A stretch of 35,692 bases of DNA, taken from positions 1 through 35,692 of the forward strand of contig CAOJCV010000003.1 of NCBI GenBank assembly GCA_948432605.1, read 5' to 3'. Position numbers and translations under genes: made by a program. The DNA is from an uncultured Mycoplasmatota bacterium (GTDB lineage Bacteria > Bacillota_I > Bacilli_A > RF39 > UBA660). Under the pieces are notes generated by a model that worked only from the letters and a program-made list of their open reading frames with translations, did not search any database and was not told where the DNA came from. Position 1 is the stretch's first letter. The number at the start of each line of letters is the position of its first letter. This document shows, in pieces, positions 19,934-28,364 of the stretch.

Positions 19934-19955
19934 AGGAACTAGAAAGAGGTATTTA

Positions 19956-22900
19956 ATGAATCAAAATTATATTATTGGCTTAGATTTAGGAATTAATAAT
20001 GTAGGCTATGCTGTGGTGGATGAAAACACAAAAACAATTGAAAAGAAAGGGGTTCGTCTTTATAAAGCTTCTGATAAGGCAGAAGATAGACGGGTTGCTC
20101 GCAATACGAGGAGACGAATGAAAAGAAAAACAAATAGAATTCAAGATTCTTTATCATTGTTTAAACATATTGGTTTTCCGAAAGAAAATACAATTGATGA
20201 AAAACTTTTGCAAAAAAGAATAAAAGGTTTAAAAGAAAAATTGGAACCTCAAGATATTGTAAATGTTGTATGTTATTTTATGAGACATCGTGGTTATATT
20301 CCATTTGGAGATGAGGAAAGAGAATTAATTCAATTAAATGGAATGTTTCCATGTGAATATTATAATAAATTGCATCAAGATCTAGGAAAACATAGAGCTT
20401 TAGAACAAGTCGTAAATCATATTGATTTGATTCATGAATTAAAAAATATTTTGTTAACACAGACTATGTATTATCCAGAAATTGGGGATATTATTGGTGA
20501 TTATGAAAAGCAAAATGGTTTGTTATGGATTTTTAGTCGTAAAAGAAAGTTCTGGGAAGGCCCTGGAAGTGAAAAGTCCTTTTCTCCGTTTGGCAGATTT
20601 GTTAACCAAGATGATGTGTTAGAATATCAGCAAATGAAATTAGAGGGAAAAGAAAAATTTCTCTTTGAAGATCTAATTGGACATTGTAAAATCTATCGTG
20701 AAGAAAAATGTGCTCCAAAAGCAAACTTTTTTGCAGAAAAATTTAATTTATTAAATGATTTTATTAATATTCGTATAACTAATATAGAAAATATTAAAAA
20801 AGTAGAGTATATTTCTATAACTAAAGATAAAACTTATAAGTTGACGACTGAAGCGTTGGAAGAATTGGTGAATTATTGTATAAACTATAATGAAAAAACT
20901 TTAACTTATGCTAAAGTTTTGAAAGAAGTTCTTGGTCTTACGAAAAATGATATTACAGGATATCGAGTAAAAAAAGATGGTTCTATAGAATTTAATTTGA
21001 TGAAAACTTATCAGTATGTGGTAAGAGAATTCAAGAAAAATGATTTAGATTCAACATGGCTATTAGAAAATTCTTGGGAAAATTATAATAAGTTAATGAA
21101 TATTCTTGCAGTAGCTCCAGGTATTGTAGAAATTACTCATATGCTTGCTGGAAGTATTCGTGTTTGTTCTGAAAAAGAACAAAGTGTTATTAAAACTATT
21201 CATGACAAATTAAAAAAGGATGGAATGCTCCAATATCATGCTTTAAGTGAAAAAGCGTTGGTAAAGGCGATTCATGATATGCAAAGTACATGCCTAAATT
21301 TTATGCAAGTTTCAAAAAAATTTGATTATGAAAAAGAATCTAGAGAATATTTTGTAAAAAATTATGGTAGTGGCAAAGGTAGACTTTTAATGAGTTCAAA
21401 ATATGTTGATGAGATTATTGCATCTCCTCAAGTTAAGAAAACTTTAAGACAGGCTATTCGCGTGATTAATGCTATTATTAAAGAAAAAGGAAATTATCCA
21501 AGTGTAATTGCTATTGAATCTACAAAAGATATGAATAGTGATGAAAAAAGAAAAGAAATTGAAAAAGAACAATCTATTAATGAAAAAAATAGGAAAGATG
21601 CTAAAGCTTTATTAGAAGGGGTTACTACACCAGATAAAGTTACCGAAAATATGATTCAAAGAGTAATGTTTTATCAAGAAATAAATGGAGTTTGTCCATA
21701 TTGTGGTAAGCCGATTAATATTAATGATGTACTTAATAATACAGTAGAAGTAGAACATATTTTACCAATTAGTCAAAGTGGTGATGATAGTCAAAATAAT
21801 AAAACGTTATCATGTAGATCTTGTAATGCTAACAAGAAAAATAGAACACCTTTTATGTTTTTAAATGAAAAAGAATTTGATGATTTTACTAAAAGAATTA
21901 ATGCTTTAAAAATATCAGCAAGGAAAAGAAATAATTTTTTAACTCAAGAGGATTTAAATAAATATCAAATAAGATTTTTTAATCGAAATTTAAGAGATAC
22001 TTCTTATGCTACAAAAGAACTTGTAAATCAAGTGCATCTTTTTAATGAATATTTAAAAGCCAATACAAAAGATATAGAGATTTTAACTTTGTCTACTCCT
22101 GGTCAATTAACACATAGTATTAGAGAAAATTTGGAAATAAAAAAAGATAGAGATGATGGGGTTTATCATCATGCTGTGGACGCTTCAATTATTGCGGGAA
22201 TCGCTACAACAACTATTGGTAAAAAGATAGTGGAAGCTCAAAATGATCCACAATACTGGGTAACAAAAAAAGAAGAAGCGAAAGAAATTCCAAAGTTGTT
22301 AGAAGATTTTTATTTTATAGATATGAAAGATGAAATTATGAAAATTCAAAGTGATGAGGATATTTTGATATCTATGCAAGTAAACAAGGATGCAAATCGA
22401 AGTATTTCTAATGCAAATATTTATTCTTATATAAAAAAAGGAGAAGATTTTTATAAGATTGAGCAAATATCTGATATTTATTCTATCGATTTAATTCGTC
22501 AAAAAAAAGATTTACTTGATACTTTATTTGATGAAAATAATTCTAAATCAGTGCTGCTTTGTCAAGAACAAAATCCAAAACTTTTTCAATATTTACAAAA
22601 AATTTATTTTAATTTTGCAAAAGAAAAAGAAAATCCATTTTTAAATTATTGTATGGAACAATTGAGTGAGAAAGAAAATTTTGATTATTTAAAACATGGA
22701 ATTAAGACACCATCTAAAAATGGGAATGGTGTGCTCATAAAAAAATTGAGGTATATGAGTAGTGTTAGTGAACCATTTTTACTAGAAAAGAAAAATATTA
22801 AGAAAAAAGATAATACTCTTATAGGTCTTGATAGTGTAAGTATTTATTGTACACGATTATTTTGGGATAAAGATTTAAAAAAAATAATATTTATTCCAGT

Positions 22901-23210
22901 ATATGTTCCAACTGTTGATTTTAAAACAAAAAGAATTAATGAAAATCATCCTTTATATCAAAATTATTTTCAAAAGATGTTGAATGGAAAAAATGTAGAG
23001 TTTATCGTTGATTTATTTAATGGAGATTATGTGGAAATAGAAAAAAGTGATGGAACGATTTTAAAAGAATATATAAAAGGTTACGATAAATCTAGTAAAG
23101 CTATACAATGTAAATCAGGAAAAAGAATTACTTCTAAAGATCGTTTTACACTATATGATGTGGATGTTTTAGGGAATAAGAAAAAGCGTTTGACATGGCC
23201 AAAAGATTAA
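19956..23210 (+). CDS. cas9: Type II CRISPR RNA-guided endonuclease Cas9, compact (~1084 aa)
   Basis: SD GAGGT before ATG 19956. RuvC-I IGLDLGINNVGYAV, bridge helix RRVARNTRRRMKRK, RuvC-II VIAIES, HNH CPYCG...VEHILP...DDSQNNKTLSCRSCNANK, RuvC-III HHAVDA. Confidence 0.97.
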   Translation: MNQNYIIGLDLGINNVGYAVVDENTKTIEKKGVRLYKASDKAEDRRVARNTRRRMKRKTNRIQDSLSLFKHIGFPKENTIDEKLLQKRIKGLKEKLEPQDIVNVVCYFMRHRGYIPFGDEERELIQLNGMFPCEYYNKLHQDLGKHRALEQVVNHIDLIHELKNILLTQTMYYPEIGDIIGDYEKQNGLLWIFSRKRKFWEGPGSEKSFSPFGRFVNQDDVLEYQQMKLEGKEKFLFEDLIGHCKIYREEKCAPKANFFAEKFNLLNDFINIRITNIENIKKVEYISITKDKTYKLTTEALEELVNYCINYNEKTLTYAKVLKEVLGLTKNDITGYRVKKDGSIEFNLMKTYQYVVREFKKNDLDSTWLLENSWENYNKLMNILAVAPGIVEITHMLAGSIRVCSEKEQSVIKTIHDKLKKDGMLQYHALSEKALVKAIHDMQSTCLNFMQVSKKFDYEKESREYFVKNYGSGKGRLLMSSKYVDEIIASPQVKKTLRQAIRVINAIIKEKGNYPSVIAIESTKDMNSDEKRKEIEKEQSINEKNRKDAKALLEGVTTPDKVTENMIQRVMFYQEINGVCPYCGKPININDVLNNTVEVEHILPISQSGDDSQNNKTLSCRSCNANKKNRTPFMFLNEKEFDDFTKRINALKISARKRNNFLTQEDLNKYQIRFFNRNLRDTSYATKELVNQVHLFNEYLKANTKDIEILTLSTPGQLTHSIRENLEIKKDRDDGVYHHAVDASIIAGIATTTIGKKIVEAQNDPQYWVTKKEEAKEIPKLLEDFYFIDMKDEIMKIQSDEDILISMQVNKDANRSISNANIYSYIKKGEDFYKIEQISDIYSIDLIRQKKDLLDTLFDENNSKSVLLCQEQNPKLFQYLQKIYFNFAKEKENPFLNYCMEQLSEKENFDYLKHGIKTPSKNGNGVLIKKLRYMSSVSEPFLLEKKNIKKKDNTLIGLDSVSIYCTRLFWDKDLKKIIFIPVYVPTVDFKTKRINENHPLYQNYFQKMLNGKNVEFIVDLFNGDYVEIEKSDGTILKEYIKGYDKSSKAIQCKSGKRITSKDRFTLYDVDVLGNKKKRLTWPKD

Positions 23211-23218
23211 GTTATAAT
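23190..23218 (+). promoter_or_regulatory. Consensus sigmaA promoter of tracrRNA, overlapping the cas9 3' end
   Basis: TTGACA (23190-23195), 17 nt, TATAAT (23213-23218). Confidence 0.9.
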
Positions 23219-23223
23219 GTAAT

Positions 23224-23331
23224 TGGATCTTGAAAAGAAAAGTTTTCAATTTCTAAAATTACACAGGGTTTCCTATTATAACTATTTATTAGGCAACCAA
23301 AGGAATGCTTATATAAGTATTCCTTTTTTTT
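23224..23331 (+). ncRNA. tracrRNA
   Basis: Anti-repeat GTTTTCAATTTCTAAAATTACACAGGGTTTCCTA (23242-23275) versus repeat reverse complement GTTTTCAACCTCTAAAATTACACAGGATCCTA. The CC>TT change gives G-U wobbles only in the + orientation. Terminator AAGGAATGCTTA-TA-TAAGTATTCCTT + T-tract (23300-23331). Confidence 0.9.
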
Positions 23332-23339
23332 ATAAAAAA

Positions 23340-24233
23340 ATGGCTTTTCGAACAATTTATATAGAAAAAGCTTTAAGAGTTCGATTAGATTTAAACAACA
23401 TTGTTGTGAATTATGAGGATGATAATTATACGATAAATTTAGATGAAATAAATACTATTATTTTTGATGATCCAAGGTGTAGAGTTTCCTTAAGGCTTCT
23501 TGCAACTTTATGTGAGTTGGGGATTAATGTAATCTTTAATGATTCTTCTCATATGCCTATTGGGTCTTTACAAACTTTATATAATCATGCAAGAGCTCCT
23601 AAGAAAATAAAAAATCAAATTATTTGGGATAAAAATTCACAGATTTATTTGTGGACTGAATTAGTAAAACATAAAATTAAAAATCAAATACTTACTTTGA
23701 AAAAAGTAGAAAAAACAGAGAAATTGGAATTATTAAATACAATGATTGATGAGATGATTTTGGGGGATTTAACAAATAAAGAAGGGATTGCAAGTAGGGT
23801 TTATTTTAAAGAATTGTTTGGTAGTACATTTAAAAGATTTGATGAGAATATTATAAATTATGCTTTGAATTATATTTATCAAATTATTCGGTCAAAAATT
23901 GCTCAAGAAATTGTTTCTTGTGGTTATATTCCAGCATTAGGAATATGCCATAAAAGTGAATTTAATTTATATAATCTTGCTGATGATTTTATAGAACCTT
24001 TTCGTCCTATTTGTGATTATTTTGTATATGAAATTTTGACAAATACAATAGAAGATTATTTAACGTCTTTTGTTAAAAGAGATATTGTAAATATATTAAA
24101 TCAATTAGTTTTATTTAAAAATGCTACATATAAAATACATATAGTCATTCAATTTTATGTTCAGTCCTTATTTAAGTATCTAGAAACAGGGGATATATCT
24201 TTTATTCAATATCCTACATTATGCAATATATAA
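23340..24233 (+). CDS. cas1: Type II CRISPR-associated endonuclease Cas1
   Basis: MAFRTIYI start (ATG 23340), GDLTNKEGIASRVYFKELFG, INYALNYIY, LGICHKSEFNLYNLADDFIEPFRP. Confidence 0.95.
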   Translation: MAFRTIYIEKALRVRLDLNNIVVNYEDDNYTINLDEINTIIFDDPRCRVSLRLLATLCELGINVIFNDSSHMPIGSLQTLYNHARAPKKIKNQIIWDKNSQIYLWTELVKHKIKNQILTLKKVEKTEKLELLNTMIDEMILGDLTNKEGIASRVYFKELFGSTFKRFDENIINYALNYIYQIIRSKIAQEIVSCGYIPALGICHKSEFNLYNLADDFIEPFRPICDYFVYEILTNTIEDYLTSFVKRDIVNILNQLVLFKNATYKIHIVIQFYVQSLFKYLETGDISFIQYPTLCNI

Positions 24234-24586
24234 ATTTATATAAACAAATGAGATTATTATTAATATATGATTTACCAATGGTAGATGAAATGGATCGAAA
24301 AATATATTCTAAATTTCATAGAGATATTACAAGATTAGGATTTTATATGCTTCAGTATTCTGTTTATTCTAAAGTTGTTCAAAACGATACTTCGATGAAA
24401 CAATATTTATTTAAAGTAGAAAGGATTACTCCTAAAAAAGGAAATATAGTTTTAATAAAAATTACAGAGAAACAATATCAGGATATGATTTATTTAAGAG
24501 GTGAAAAAAATAAGTTTGATGTTTTAGTTGGTGGAAAAGAATTTGTTGTTTTTGGAGGTGATGAAGATGATGAATTTGTTAATTGA
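24221..24586 (+). CDS. cas2: CRISPR-associated endoribonuclease Cas2
   Basis: MRLLLIYDLP, FYMLQYSVYSK, ITEKQY; overlaps the cas1 stop. Confidence 0.95.
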   Translation: MQYINLYKQMRLLLIYDLPMVDEMDRKIYSKFHRDITRLGFYMLQYSVYSKVVQNDTSMKQYLFKVERITPKKGNIVLIKITEKQYQDMIYLRGEKNKFDVLVGGKEFVVFGGDEDDEFVN

Positions 24587-25457
24587 TAATAAAAAAGAAG
24601 AGTTATTCTTATCTATAAAAAAAGATAATGCTATATTTTTGTTAAACAAAAAAAGTTTATTTGATTTTTATTATTTATTTTATGAAGTTTTAAAAAATAA
24701 AACAAAAGAAGTTCAAATTAAAATAGGTGAAAAGTTTCTTGATTCTAAAAATACTATATTGTTATCTTTGTGTGATTATACTGAAATATTAGAAAGTTTA
24801 TCCTTCAAGAAGGGGAGCTTATTTTATGAATATTTAGTTAGTATAATTAATATGTCAAATTATTTAGACAATGATATTTTATTTTCTGATTTGTCTAATG
24901 TTATTAAAAATCTATTAGAAGAATCTGAAGTTAAATTTCAATATGATATTAATGAGGATTTGGAAAAAATGATATTTAGTTTTGCTGAGTTTTCCTTAAA
25001 ATATAATTACCGTGAGTTATCAAATACTTTGAATGTCATGTTAAAAAGCTTTATGGAAAAAAATGTGAGTAAATTGTTTATTGTATTCTATAATTCAAGT
25101 TTATTAGAATTAAATTTTAAAAATGTAGATAATTGCTATACATTTGATGTATCTGAAGAAAAATCTTTAGAACAATATAATTTGATTTGTGAAAACAACA
25201 TAAAAGAATTAAATTTAGAAAATATAATTCAACGATTAGAAACGGTGTGGCCTGTAGAGTTTGATAAAAAAATAGTAATGCATGATGTGTCAAAGTATTT
25301 TATGATGAAAAAGGTTCATTTGGCTTATGATATTTATTCAGAAAATGAGCTTCTAGTTTGTAAAATATTGGATAAAATGAGAGAAGAAGAAAGTCAAATA
25401 ATTAGTCATAATGTAATAATTCGAGACAATGTTAAATCTTTTTTAGAACACTTTTAA
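24567..25457 (+). CDS. csn2: Divergent Csn2-like protein (long/St-type), type II-A accessory
   Basis: Lies between cas2 and the array. SD GGAGGTG (24554-24560) before ATG 24567. About 296 aa, with only weak resemblance (FKKGSLFYEYL) to St-type Csn2; the call is mainly positional. Confidence 0.55.
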   Translation: MMNLLIDNKKEELFLSIKKDNAIFLLNKKSLFDFYYLFYEVLKNKTKEVQIKIGEKFLDSKNTILLSLCDYTEILESLSFKKGSLFYEYLVSIINMSNYLDNDILFSDLSNVIKNLLEESEVKFQYDINEDLEKMIFSFAEFSLKYNYRELSNTLNVMLKSFMEKNVSKLFIVFYNSSLLELNFKNVDNCYTFDVSEEKSLEQYNLICENNIKELNLENIIQRLETVWPVEFDKKIVMHDVSKYFMMKKVHLAYDIYSENELLVCKILDKMREEESQIISHNVIIRDNVKSFLEHF

Positions 25458-25482
25458 AAAAAGTATGATATAATTTCTATAG
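25458..25482 (+). promoter_or_regulatory. Minimal CRISPR leader with extended -10 promoter
   Basis: TG-A-TATAAT at 25466-25474, 8 nt before repeat 1. Leader ends TTCTATAG. Confidence 0.7.
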
Positions 25483-25969
25483 GTTTTAGGATCCTGTGTA
25501 ATTTTAGAGGTTGAAAATCGCCATCTTCCTTGGACTCCAGAAGATTTAGTTTTAGGATCCTGTGTAATTTTAGAGGTTGAAAACCCTTCGCTATCTTCAA
25601 CTTTGAATTTAACGGTTTTAGGATCCTGTGTAATTTTAGAGGTTGAAAACTTACTTACGAAACAGTTGATATGGGTTATGTTTTTAGGATCCTGTATAAT
25701 TTTAGAGGTTGAAAACAAACAGAACGTACAATTGATGTTAATTTAGGTTTTAGGATCCTGTGTAATTTTAGAGGTTGAAAACAGTTGCTGGAAATGAGAA
25801 ATTATCTTTATAGTTTTAGGATCCTGTGTAATTTTAGAGGTTGAAAACCTTTTATATCAATATATGAAGCAACAAACTGTTTTAGGATCCTGTGTAATTT
25901 TAGAGGTTGAAAACTTTCTTACGTTACATGATGTCTGGAGGAAGGTTTTAGGATCCTGTGTAATTTTAG
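25483..25969 (+). CRISPR. CRISPR array: 8 repeats (GTTTTAGGATCCTGTGTAATTTTAGAGGTTGAAAAC, 36 nt) and 7 spacers of 30 nt
   Basis: Repeats start at 25483, 25549, 25615, 25681, 25747, 25813, 25879 and 25945 (66-nt period). Repeat 1 ends in T, repeat 4 has G1T and G16A, repeat 8 matches only the first 25 nt (trailer). Confidence 0.99.
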
Positions 25970-26069
25970 TAATATATTATATATATACATGTTTGATATT
26001 ATTAGTGATTTTAAATTTGTTTATTTATTTCTACTATGAAAATTATTAGTTTTCATTTATAATAGATTT

Positions 26070-26435
26070 ATGGGAAGTGGTACTATGAATCTTTTTATTT
26101 GTTATCCTAAATGTTCTACTTGTAAAAAAGTAAAGTTTTTGTTAGAAGAAAATAATATTTCGTTTGTAGAAAGAGATATAAAAAAGCAGAATCCAACAAA
26201 GGATGAAATTTATAATTGGAGTAAAAAATATGATATTCCAATTCGTAAATTTTTTAATACAAGTGGAATTCTTTATAGAGAGCTTTCTTTAAAAGAAAAA
26301 TTAGCTTCTATGAGTGATGAAGAACAGTTAAATTTATTAAGTAGTGATGGTATGTTAGTAAAACGCCCGATTTTTGTATCTGATTCAAAATTAATTATTG
26401 GTAATTCTAAAAAGGATTATGAGGAATTATTATGA
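26070..26435 (+). CDS. ArsC/Spx-family (YusI-like) thioredoxin-fold protein; start may be ATG 26085
   Basis: YPKCSTCKK, FFNTSG-x-x-YREL, DGMLVKRP. Confidence 0.9.
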   Translation: MGSGTMNLFICYPKCSTCKKVKFLLEENNISFVERDIKKQNPTKDEIYNWSKKYDIPIRKFFNTSGILYRELSLKEKLASMSDEEQLNLLSSDGMLVKRPIFVSDSKLIIGNSKKDYEELL

Positions 26436-27100
26436 AAGTTGTATTTTTAACTGGGGCTTCTTCTGGTCTTGGTTTGGTTATTGCGAGAAAGTTATTGGAA
26501 AATGGCTATTTTGTAGTATTGCATTATTTTAAAAATAAAGATAATGTAGCTATGCTTTCTAATGAGTATCAAAAAACTTCTTTTTTAATTTCTGGTGATA
26601 TTTCAAATGAAGAAAATGTTTTGCTAATGAAAAAAGAATTAGATCAACAAAATATAAAAGTTGATATTTTGATTAATAATGCTGCTATTGAACATTTGAG
26701 TGAATTAAATGAAAAAAACGAAATTACTTTTTTGAATGTATTTAAAGTTAATACACTTGGCTCGTTTTATATGATGAAACATTTTGGGTATGATATTAAT
26801 GAAAATCATGGAAGTATTATTAATATTTCTTCTGATAATACTATTGATAAATATGATATTGTTACTTTAGAATATGATGTTTCAAAATCAGGGCTTAATT
26901 TAATGACAAAAACTTTTGCAAATTATTTTTTGGATACTAAAATAAATGCTGTTGCATTTGGATGGTTGGATACACCAATGAATGATTTTCCTGAAGATAT
27001 TAAGTCTTCGATAAATTTTGTTTCATTAGATGAAGCAGCTATAAAAGTAATTGATTTGATTACTACTAAAGAAACTGGAAAAATAGAGATGGTGAGGTAA
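26432..27100 (+). CDS. Short-chain dehydrogenase/reductase (SDR)
   Basis: TGASSGLG, DILINNAA, IINISS, YDVSK (YxxxK). Confidence 0.9.
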   Translation: MKVVFLTGASSGLGLVIARKLLENGYFVVLHYFKNKDNVAMLSNEYQKTSFLISGDISNEENVLLMKKELDQQNIKVDILINNAAIEHLSELNEKNEITFLNVFKVNTLGSFYMMKHFGYDINENHGSIINISSDNTIDKYDIVTLEYDVSKSGLNLMTKTFANYFLDTKINAVAFGWLDTPMNDFPEDIKSSINFVSLDEAAIKVIDLITTKETGKIEMVR

Positions 27101-27101
27101 T

Positions 27102-28364
27102 ATGAAAGAATTTTTAGAATTAAATGAGAAAACATGGTTATTATATGAAGAAGCGAATGATGAATTACAAAGTATATTTCAAGATATTGATGATATTTGT
27201 GAATATAATTCAGCTAAAGTAATGAATGCATTTTTTATCAATCATATCAATGAATCTCATTTTCATAGTACAACAGGATATGGATATGGTGATTTAGGAC
27301 GGGAAGCTATTGAAAATGTATATGCCACTATTTTTAAGGCAGAAAGTGCATTGGTACGTAATCAATTTATTTCTGGTTCTCATGCACTTTGCAAGACGTT
27401 ATTTGGACTTTTAAGACCTCATGATTTGATGTTATCTATTACAGGACTTCCTTATGATACCTTGCATGAAGTGATAGGAATTGTTGATAATGAAAGTTCT
27501 TTAAAAAGTTTTGGTATAAGTTATGATCAAATTGATTTAATAAATGATGATTTTGATTATGATCAAATAGAAAAGTATTTGAAAACACATTCTGTTAAAC
27601 TAATTGAAATACAAAGAAGTAGAGGATATGCTACTAGAAAAAGTTTAGATATTGAAAAATGTGAAAAAGTAATTTCTTTAATTAAAAAAGTAAGTCCTAA
27701 AACAATAGTTATGATTGACAATTGTTATTGTGAATTTGTGAGTAAAGTGGAACCTATTCAAATAGGTGCTGATATTGTAGTAGGATCACTTATTAAAAAT
27801 TTAGGTGGAGGTTTTGCCCAAAATGGTGGGTATGTTGTTGGAAAAAAAGAACTAGTTCAACTTGTTGCTGAGGCTTTGACCCTACCAGGAGAAGGTAGTG
27901 AAGTTGGACCAAGTTTAGGTGCTAATAGACAATTTTTACAAGGACTATTTTTTGCTCCTAGTGTTGTTGCTAGTGCTTTAAAGACTAGTGTTATTGCAAG
28001 TTATATGTTAAAAAGTTTAGATTTTGATGTAGATCCTGATCCATTTGAATCTAGAAGTGATATTGTTGAGACAATACGATTTGGAAACGAAGAAGATTTA
28101 ATTCGTTATTGTGAAGGAATTCAGGCAGGTAGTCCAATTGACTCTTACGTAACACCAGTTCCTGTAGATATGCCAGGTTATAAAGACCAAGTCATAATGG
28201 CTGCGGGTGCTTTTGTTCAAGGTTCTTCTATTGAATTATCATGCGATGGACCAATTAGGGAACCATATATTGCCTATCAACAAGGTGGTCTTACTTTTGA
28301 TACTGCTAAAATTGGAGTCTTAAAAGCAGTTGATAAAATAATAAAAGAAAGAGAGGGTAAATAA
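27102..28364 (+). CDS. Methionine gamma-lyase family PLP enzyme (YnbB/aluminium-resistance type)
   Basis: TTGYGYGDLGRE, SGSHAL, IQRSRGY, DNCYCEF, GSLIKNLGGG, MAAGAFVQGSSIELSCDGP. Confidence 0.92.
   Translation: MKEFLELNEKTWLLYEEANDELQSIFQDIDDICEYNSAKVMNAFFINHINESHFHSTTGYGYGDLGREAIENVYATIFKAESALVRNQFISGSHALCKTLFGLLRPHDLMLSITGLPYDTLHEVIGIVDNESSLKSFGISYDQIDLINDDFDYDQIEKYLKTHSVKLIEIQRSRGYATRKSLDIEKCEKVISLIKKVSPKTIVMIDNCYCEFVSKVEPIQIGADIVVGSLIKNLGGGFAQNGGYVVGKKELVQLVAEALTLPGEGSEVGPSLGANRQFLQGLFFAPSVVASALKTSVIASYMLKSLDFDVDPDPFESRSDIVETIRFGNEEDLIRYCEGIQAGSPIDSYVTPVPVDMPGYKDQVIMAAGAFVQGSSIELSCDGPIREPYIAYQQGGLTFDTAKIGVLKAVDKIIKEREGK

Noticed and set aside
19923-19936. Spacer 6 5' end (CTTTTATATCA) matches the minus strand of the cas9 promoter, suggesting crRNA-guided autorepression
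   Set aside because: Only 11 AT-rich nt, and at the PAM-distal end that is normally trimmed from mature type II crRNA; the seed does not match.
19905-19955. ORF-track N-terminal extensions of cas9 (TTG 19905), cas1 (TTG 23223) and csn2 (24528)
   Set aside because: They overlap promoter, tracrRNA or cas2 sequence; SD position or family N-termini favour 19956, 23340 and 24567.
25483-25969. Possibility that array and tracrRNA are transcribed from the minus strand, which would give a perfect GUUUUCAA/UUGAAAAC lower stem
   Set aside because: The consensus promoter and terminator, G-U wobble polarity, extended -10 before repeat 1 and the degenerate last repeat all support the + strand.
25443-26049. 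ORFs 25443-25718 (-) and 25864-26049 (+) with repeated peptides
   Set aside because: They are translations of the 66-nt-period CRISPR array, not genes.
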